From positions 25,542 through 89,541 of the forward strand of contig JAWLHY010000020.1 in the NCBI GenBank assembly GCA_041690135.1: a stretch of DNA of 64,000 nucleotides, read 5' to 3'. The notes under the pieces were generated by a model that made no database searches, was not told where the DNA came from, and worked only from the letters and a program-made list of their open reading frames with translations. Each line of letters opens with the position of its first letter. Positions within the stretch are counted from its first letter, which is position 1. The position numbers and the translations under genes were made by a program. Positions 57,702 to 64,000 of the stretch are shown here, piece by piece. This DNA comes from Armatimonadota bacterium. GTDB taxonomy: Bacteria; Armatimonadota; SYMT01.

Positions 57702-58994
57702 ATGCAGATCTCAGACCGTGCCGCTTCCTTCCAGGAGTCCGTCATCCGGGAGATGACCCGCCTCCACGCCATTCACGGCGGCGTCAATCTCGCCCAGGGT
57801 TTCCCCGATTTCGACCCACCCCAGGAGATCCTCGAGGCCGCCTGCCGGGCGCTCCGCGACGGCTATAACCAGTACGCCATCACCTGGGGTACGCCGCGGT
57901 TGCGCGAGGCGATCGCCCGGCATGCGACCGATTTCAACCGCATCCCCACCGATCCCGCGGAGAATGTCACCGTCGCGTGCGGCGCCACGGAGGCGATGAT
58001 CGCCACTCTCATGGCTGTCTGCAATCCCGGCGACGAGGTGATCATCTTCACCCCCTACTATGAGAACTACGGCCCGGACTGCGTGCTCTCTGGGGCGAAG
58101 CCGGTCTTCGTGAGGCTTTATCCACCCGATCCCGGATCGGCGTCCGGAGACCGGGAGCTTGGGGCCGGGAGCGGCTGCGAGGACCCATTGCCAATTTCAA
58201 TTGGCAATTCCGACTCTCCCACGCAGCTTGTTGAGCATCGCACTCCCGTTTGGCGCTTCGACCCCCAGGAGCTTGCCGGGGCCTTCAGCGAGCGGACGCG
58301 GGCGATCATCGTCAACACGCCGCATAACCCCACGGGAAAGGTCTTTACACGCGAGGAGCTCGAGTGCATCGCGGACTTGTGCATCCGGCATGACTGCCTG
58401 GCGATCACCGACGAGATCTACGAGCACATCCTCTACGACGGGAGAAAACATCTCTCCATCGCCAGCCTCGACGGCATGCTGGAACGGACCATCACCATCA
58501 GTGGGGCGAGCAAGACCTTCAGCGTCACGGGTTGGCGGCTGGGGTGGGCGGTGGCTCCGAAGGAGCTGAGTGTTGGTATCCGGCGCGTCCACGACTTCCT
58601 GACGGTGGGCGCCCCCCATCCCCTGCAGGAAGCCGCAGCCGTGGCCCTTTCGCTGCCTGAGAGCTATTACCAGGAGTTGGCAGCGAAGTACGCCGCCCGC
58701 CGGGACCGCACTACCCGGATGGTGGCGGCCGTCGGCCTGACTCCGTTCGTACCGGAAGGCGCCTACTATACCCTCACCGACATCAGCGCCTTCGGTTATC
58801 CGGACGATCTAGACTTCACCATGCACCTGATCCGGGAGATCGGCGTGGCCGTGGTGCCCGGATCGAGTTTCTACCCGGCCGGCTGGCCCGACGGGAAGCG
58901 GCTGATCCGCTTCGCCTTTCCGAAACGCGAGGAAACCCTCGACGAGGCCGAAGTGCGCCTGGCCCGGCTCGGTTCTCAGCACAGTCCCGCTTAA
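57702..58994 (+). CDS. PLP-dependent aminotransferase class I/II
   Basis: NLAQGFPDF, NQYA, NTPHNPTG, DEIYEH and SKTFSVTGWRLG; carries an insertion of about 40 aa. Confidence 0.93.
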   Translation: MQISDRAASFQESVIREMTRLHAIHGGVNLAQGFPDFDPPQEILEAACRALRDGYNQYAITWGTPRLREAIARHATDFNRIPTDPAENVTVACGATEAMIATLMAVCNPGDEVIIFTPYYENYGPDCVLSGAKPVFVRLYPPDPGSASGDRELGAGSGCEDPLPISIGNSDSPTQLVEHRTPVWRFDPQELAGAFSERTRAIIVNTPHNPTGKVFTREELECIADLCIRHDCLAITDEIYEHILYDGRKHLSIASLDGMLERTITISGASKTFSVTGWRLGWAVAPKELSVGIRRVHDFLTVGAPHPLQEAAAVALSLPESYYQELAAKYAARRDRTTRMVAAVGLTPFVPEGAYYTLTDISAFGYPDDLDFTMHLIREIGVAVVPGSSFYPAGWPDGKRLIRFAFPKREETLDEAEVRLARLGSQHSPA

Positions 58995-60043
58995 GAGCCG
59001 CGAGGGATGCACAGGTCGTCTCCGGCGTCTCCGGCGCCGAAGACGGTGACAGCACGGTCATCGATGCGGGCACGCATGCCATCGTAGCCGATGACCGTGT
59101 TCGGAAACTCTTGCTGCATCTTGCGTCCTACTTCATGGACGCGAGCGTTCGTGGCGGCGGGATCGTGATGACCGGTAACGGCCAGACGAATGCCGGCTTC
59201 CCGGGCGTACTGCCCACACCACTCCGCATAGCCGTGTCCCCACCCCAGGCGCGGAACACCGTCGTACGTCCCGACATACTGCTCCCGATCATACTGCGCA
59301 TCGACGTAGAGCAGGTCCGCGCCCTCCACCAACTCCTGAAGGACCGGATCCGGGCCGGCATAGGGTTCCGTGTCGGTGGCTACGACGAACACCTTACCTG
59401 CGTATTCGATCCGCCAGCCGTAGGTCTCGTTCGGATGATGGAGCCGACGGCAGGAGGCCGCGATCTCCCCTTCCGGGCCCAGGCGGATCGTCATTCCGTC
59501 GTAGATCGGGCGGTACTCCACCGATGCCGCTTCGCAACGCAACTGTTCCAGGTCGACCGGGAACAACGGCGGGCTCAGCGTTGCAGAGATGATCGTTTGC
59601 AGGTCACCCTGCCACGTCTGCCCACCATACATGGTGAGGCTAACCGAATACTGCTTTTTGGGGGCGAAGAGCGGAGCAAAGAACGGCAGCCCCATGATGT
59701 GGTCGAGATGGACGTGGGTGAAGAGGATGTCCACCTCCAGGCCGCGTTTGCGCACGACCTCCGGCATCAAGTCGCGCCCCAGGCGACGCAGCCCGCTGCC
59801 GGCGTCGATGATCAGTGGGATCTCACCGCAGCGGACGTAAATGCAGGTGGTGTCTCCCCCATAAAAGGAGCGGAGCGGGAATGGGGTGTTGGCGAGCAAC
59901 CACCGGTGCGCCTCGTGCAGGTCGGCAAAAGTTGCCCCGGCCTGGCTGGCCCGGAGCAGTACTGCCGCCAGTTGGGCTTCCACCTCTTCCCCCGTGCACG
60001 GTGAAGGCAGCGAGCCACGGACCCCGTAAAAGGTGACGTCCAT
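58991..60043 (-). CDS. MBL-fold metallo-hydrolase
   Basis: FYGVRGSLP, YGGDTTC, DAGSG, THVHLDHIMG, HP, TDTE, GWGH and HHDP; the start may be further upstream. Confidence 0.92.
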   Translation of the reverse strand: MDVTFYGVRGSLPSPCTGEEVEAQLAAVLLRASQAGATFADLHEAHRWLLANTPFPLRSFYGGDTTCIYVRCGEIPLIIDAGSGLRRLGRDLMPEVVRKRGLEVDILFTHVHLDHIMGLPFFAPLFAPKKQYSVSLTMYGGQTWQGDLQTIISATLSPPLFPVDLEQLRCEAASVEYRPIYDGMTIRLGPEGEIAASCRRLHHPNETYGWRIEYAGKVFVVATDTEPYAGPDPVLQELVEGADLLYVDAQYDREQYVGTYDGVPRLGWGHGYAEWCGQYAREAGIRLAVTGHHDPAATNARVHEVGRKMQQEFPNTVIGYDGMRARIDDRAVTVFGAGDAGDDLCIPRGS

Positions 60044-60236
60044 TGAGCCATGCGGACACTTTCCGTCCGCATCCGGCGCCAGGTCGGTTGCATGCATCTT
60101 GATCAACTGTATACCCCGTACCGTACCGGCGCCCAGTGATCTGCGCGACTTTACATCCACCGCTCAACACAGTATATTTGAAGTTCGGTCCCAGCCTATC
60201 CTATCAAGCGTTCCAGAATCCTCCCCAGAGACGCTG

Positions 60237-61820
60237 ATGCCTACTCCCCCCGTACCTTCCGCCTCTCGCCGCTCGCGAACTCCTAATCGGACCACCGCGC
60301 GCGCTCCGTTCTCTCCATGGCCGGTGGGAATATCATTGGGCCTGTCCGCAAGCGTTGCACTCCTCACCGGCGTGGCCGCGCCTTCGGCCCTGGTAGGACG
60401 CCCGGCCCAGGCGGCTCCACCACCGGCGCTACAGGGTGAAGTCACCGAGGCGCTCTCGTTCGCGGAAGTCGCCCAGGTGGTGCGCACCGCCGCGGAGAGG
60501 GTGGCCGGCGATCAGTTTTCGGTGGCGGTGACGGATCGGCGCGGCGCCCTACTCGCGCTGTGGCATCGTAACGGCGCTACGCCCGAGATCGACGAAGTGG
60601 CGCTTTCCCTCGCGCGCACCGGCGCCTATTTTGGGCATAACCAGGCCCCGCTCACCTCGCGAACGGTCCGGTTTATCAGCGGCATTCACTTTCCGCCCGG
60701 AGTCAAGAATACGCCGAGTGGGCCCCTCTATGGAATCGAGAACACGAATCGGGTCGACTACCACGTGCAGTTCAACTCGCCGCAAACGACGTTCGCGCCG
60801 CCGTTGAACGTGGACGGCGACGGACCGAGCCTGGGGATCACCACGGGCAAAAAAGATCTGTTCGATAGCGACCCGGGCGCGGTCAACCCGGGCGGCGTGC
60901 CGATCGTACAAAACGGGCAGGTGGTGGGAGGCGTGGGCGTGGCTGGCGTGCCGTCCGCACATGCCGAGTACGCGGCGGCCGAGGCAGCCGGTTACCCCCG
61001 CCTCGGCCGAAACGTCGCGATCTTTGTCGAAGGCTTCAAGCTGCCCCTGGTCAAGCATCGCAACGCTCCTCTCGGAATCCAGCCCGGTCAGTTCGACGGT
61101 GCGGGCACTTACCGTCGCGGTCCCCTGGAGGGCGCACCGGACGCCAGTGGCTGGCTTGCCGGTCCCTACTCCAGCCCGGAGCTGAGCATTGCCGACGTGA
61201 CGGCGATCGTCGACCGATCGGTCGAATTCGCCAACCGTACCCGCGCCGCCATCCGCCTGCCACTCGGTTCCCGGACGCGTATGGTGATCGCCGTGGGGGA
61301 CCTCCAGGGAAATATCCTGGGCCTTTACCGCATGCCGGACAGCACCGTTTTCAGCATCGATGTGTCCGTCGCGAAAGCTCGCAACGTCGTGTACTTCAGC
61401 GGACCGGACCGCCAGCCGGAAGAGTTGCCGGGACTGCCCATCGGAACCGCCGTCACCAACCGCTCGATCAGCTTCGGGGCGCAGCCGTTGTTCCCGTCCG
61501 GCATCAATAACACGCAGCCGGGACCCTTCTTCGATCTCTTCCGCTTCGACACGGAAAACCCCGGCACCCAGGGACTCCAGCCGAGCAACTCTAACCAGAA
61601 CGGTATCGTCTTCTTCCCCGGCTCCATTCCGCTCTACCGGAACGATCAACTCGTGGGCGGCTTGGGAGTGAGCGGCGACGGGGTGGAGCAGGACGACTTC
61701 GTGGCCTTCCAGGGCGCCCGGGGTTTCCGGCCCAGCCGGCGGATCAAGCGCTCCGATAATTACCGCATCCGCCGCGTCCGCATCCCTTACCTCAAGTTCC
61801 CCCGCAACCCCCTGCGGTAG
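60237..61820 (+). CDS. Exported protein with two GlcG/HbpS-like heme-binding domains
   Basis: SVAVTDRRG...SLARTGA...GGVPI..GQVVGGVGV, then IAVGDLQG...VAKARN...GSIPLY..LVGGLGVSG...DD. Confidence 0.8.
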   Translation: MPTPPVPSASRRSRTPNRTTARAPFSPWPVGISLGLSASVALLTGVAAPSALVGRPAQAAPPPALQGEVTEALSFAEVAQVVRTAAERVAGDQFSVAVTDRRGALLALWHRNGATPEIDEVALSLARTGAYFGHNQAPLTSRTVRFISGIHFPPGVKNTPSGPLYGIENTNRVDYHVQFNSPQTTFAPPLNVDGDGPSLGITTGKKDLFDSDPGAVNPGGVPIVQNGQVVGGVGVAGVPSAHAEYAAAEAAGYPRLGRNVAIFVEGFKLPLVKHRNAPLGIQPGQFDGAGTYRRGPLEGAPDASGWLAGPYSSPELSIADVTAIVDRSVEFANRTRAAIRLPLGSRTRMVIAVGDLQGNILGLYRMPDSTVFSIDVSVAKARNVVYFSGPDRQPEELPGLPIGTAVTNRSISFGAQPLFPSGINNTQPGPFFDLFRFDTENPGTQGLQPSNSNQNGIVFFPGSIPLYRNDQLVGGLGVSGDGVEQDDFVAFQGARGFRPSRRIKRSDNYRIRRVRIPYLKFPRNPLR

Positions 61821-61987
61821 AGCGGAGCCGCGTGCCTCGCGCCAAGCCGCAAAACTGCCAAGCGGTAAGGCTGCCCGCGAGGCACGCAACCGAGAAGGAA
61901 ACCCCCACCAGGACCGGTAAAGCTGGTAACGGAATTCGCTTTGGGATTCTACGATGTCGCGCCCTCAAGGGCCCAGGAACGCCAGCC

Positions 61988-62878
61988 ATGCGCCTCACCC
62001 ACTTGCTTCGAATCGGCCTCGCAACCGTGCTCCCGTGCCTGTTGGCCCTCTCTGCCGCGGCCGTAGACCGGCCGGAGATCATCCTCTGGCCCCAGGGAAT
62101 GCCGGAACCTCGGGTACCCGCCAATCCCCCGGAACGAGTGGAGAAAGCCACCGACGGAACAGGACGGCGCTTCGACATCTCCCGACCGCGCCTGGTGGTC
62201 TATCGCCCCCCGGCAGGGGTGAAAGCGGGTAACGCGGGCGTGGTGGTCGTTCCCGGCGGCGGCTTCGGCCGTCTGGCGGACACCCACGAAGGCTCCGATG
62301 CGTGTGAATGGCTGGCAAAGCAGGGAATCACCGCGTTTTTGCTCCTCCACCGCACCCCGACCGACAAGCACCCGGAGCCGAGTGCCGGACCGGTGCAAGA
62401 CTGTCAGAGGGGCGTGATCGAGGCCCGGCAGCAGGCCGCCAAGTACGGACTGGACCCCAAACAGATCGGTGTTCTCGGCTTCTCCGCCGGAGGGCAGGTC
62501 GCCCTGATCGCCGCCACCAATGAACCGAAGTTCGAACGGGCCGCGGGAACTTCTCACCGGCCGGACTTCCTGTTGGCCATCTATGCCTGGCGAATTTACG
62601 ACCCCGAGAAGAAGGGGCTGCGTTCCGATATCCGCGTGGACGCCGGCCTGCCGCCCACTTTCATCGCGCAGATGGGCGACGACCGCTCTTCCCTCCCCCA
62701 GGGCAGCACCCACCTCTACCTCGAACTGATCAACCGAGGCATCCCCGCCGAACTGCACATTTACGAAAAGGGCGGTCACGGATTCGGCATGCGCCCACGA
62801 GACGGCGCTACCGGCACGGCCGACTGGGCGGTGCGCGCACTGGATTGGCTGCGCTTGCATCGCTACGCAGGCCAATAG
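61988..62878 (+). CDS. Alpha/beta hydrolase (esterase), exported
   Basis: PGGGF, GFSAGG nucleophile elbow, RPDF and GGHGFG. Confidence 0.9.
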   Translation: MRLTHLLRIGLATVLPCLLALSAAAVDRPEIILWPQGMPEPRVPANPPERVEKATDGTGRRFDISRPRLVVYRPPAGVKAGNAGVVVVPGGGFGRLADTHEGSDACEWLAKQGITAFLLLHRTPTDKHPEPSAGPVQDCQRGVIEARQQAAKYGLDPKQIGVLGFSAGGQVALIAATNEPKFERAAGTSHRPDFLLAIYAWRIYDPEKKGLRSDIRVDAGLPPTFIAQMGDDRSSLPQGSTHLYLELINRGIPAELHIYEKGGHGFGMRPRDGATGTADWAVRALDWLRLHRYAGQ

Positions 62879-63189
62879 AAGCAAAGCCGCATCCTCTCAC
62901 TTGCGCACGATGCATTCGGCCGGCCCGGCAATCCCGGGAGCACTTCACGGAGAAATTGGACTCTAGATCCGTGGAAGCGCGCCGAATACTCTGGTGTCTG
63001 CTTGGTACTCGCGCGGTCGGCCCGGCGAGAGGGGTTCCCCGAGTGGAAACCTGGAAACCGTTTCCGGAACCATCTCAAACTCTCGTTGTTTTGAGGAACG
63101 ATCCCTTAAGCAGCAACAGCACGAAGTCAAACCTGAACCGATTAGGACCGACCTGGCCGACGACTCGGCCGCGCAAGAGGAGAACCAGA

Positions 63190-63549
63190 ATGCTCGCGAA
63201 ATTCGCCCGCAAGAACCGCCACGGCTTCACGCTCGTGGAAATCATGATCGTGGTGCTGATCATCGGCATCCTGCTCGCCATCGCCGTCCCGAACTTCATC
63301 AAAGCCCGCGAGAGCTCCCGCGCCAAGAGCTGCATCGCCAACCTGAAGCAGGTGGACAGCGCCAAAGAGCAGTGGGCGATGGACAACAAGAAGGTCGCGG
63401 GCGACACCCCGGGCTTCTCCGACCTGGTCGGCACGGACAAGTACATCAAGAGCACGCCCGAGTGCCCCAGCAGCGGCACCTACACCATCGCCGGCCTCGG
63501 CACCGCTCCGTCCTGCTCCAAGAGCACCGACGGCCACGAACTGCCTTAA
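63190..63549 (+). CDS. Type IV pilin-like protein
   Basis: Class III signal GFTLVEIMIVVLIIGILLAIAVPNF, three Cys, AGGAG RBS. Confidence 0.93.
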   Translation: MLAKFARKNRHGFTLVEIMIVVLIIGILLAIAVPNFIKARESSRAKSCIANLKQVDSAKEQWAMDNKKVAGDTPGFSDLVGTDKYIKSTPECPSSGTYTIAGLGTAPSCSKSTDGHELP

Positions 63550-63570
63550 GCCCGCCCTGGCACTGTTTGC

Positions 63571-63611
63571 GAACGGCTCCGGACCCTGCGTCCGGGGCCG
63601 TTCTTGTGTTT
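63571..63611 (+). terminator. Terminator after first pilin
   Basis: GAACGGCTCCGGAC-cctgc-GTCCGGGGCCGTTC followed by TTGTGTTT. Confidence 0.75.
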
Positions 63612-63902
63612 CCGGAACTTACCGCGCTCCCCCGCTGGGTTGTAGTACAGCTCTCGATTTGCCTGTGAAGAATTGCACTTAAGAACCGGGATCCACTGCC
63701 GAAAACTGTGTTGGCTGTTGAGATGGGGATGTCTTCTCCGTTCATCAGAACCCGGAAACTCCAGAGAAAAAATCTCCGTGGTCCTCTCAAATCTCCGGCT
63801 TCCTGAGGAACGATCTCTCTAGCAGTCAAAACTCGGTCCACAATTCTCGCATTTCCGAACGACCATCCGGCTGAAGCACGGCCGATCAAGAGGAGATCCA
63901 AA

Positions 63903-64000
63903 ATGCTCGCGAAATTCGCCCGCAAGAACCGCCACGGCTTCACGCTCGTGGAAATCATGATCGTGGTGCTGATCATCGGCATCCTGCTCGCCATCGCCGT
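63903..64000 (+). CDS. Second type IV pilin-like protein (3' partial)
   Basis: First 98 nt identical to the pilin at 63190; own AGGAG RBS. Confidence 0.9.
   Translation, partial: MLAKFARKNRHGFTLVEIMIVVLIIGILLAIA

Noticed and set aside
58131-58250. Intein in the aminotransferase
   Set aside because: Only about 40 aa, with no C/S start and no HN-C/S/T end.
62878-62960. c-di-GMP-I riboswitch upstream of the pilins (GCAAAGCC)
   Set aside because: The preceding GGCAAA/GNRA P2 hairpin and the P1 closure are absent, and that sequence is coding.
62845-63189. Long N-terminal extension of the pilin ORF
   Set aside because: The RBS and the duplicated copy both indicate a start at 63190.

Overview
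GC-rich bacterial chromosomal window with about 55 protein-coding genes and no rRNA, canonical tRNA, CRISPR array, prophage or intact transposase. The prepilin-type '[29 protein letters not shown]...H-X9-DG' protein, two DUF1501 genes and the pilin type suggest Armatimonadota (inference). Recognisable blocks: glyA under a ZMP/ZTP (pfl) riboswitch; an ECF sigma/anti-sigma pair; a long minus-strand run ccmABCDEF (CxxxY-type CcmE) - hemA - ccsA/hemX - hemC - cobA/hemD - GAF/RsbW-like kinase - araB - rsmE; asnS; two c-type cytochromes; phenylalanine hydroxylase; topoisomerase IB; a LacI/prepilin-like module; RecQ; and tandem type IV pilins at the right edge. The most unusual signal is a gene-free stretch at about 39430-39950. 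It looks like a ~510-nt minus-strand structured RNA with six AACUGAA(U/G)A motifs between folded 5' and 3' domains. Other oddities: an orphan Rpn C-terminal (RpnS-like) ORF, an in-frame palindromic insertion in an aminotransferase, pilin genes with identical 5' ends and a duplicated upstream block, and several families of short intergenic repeats. All calls come from motifs recognised by eye; no database searches were run.
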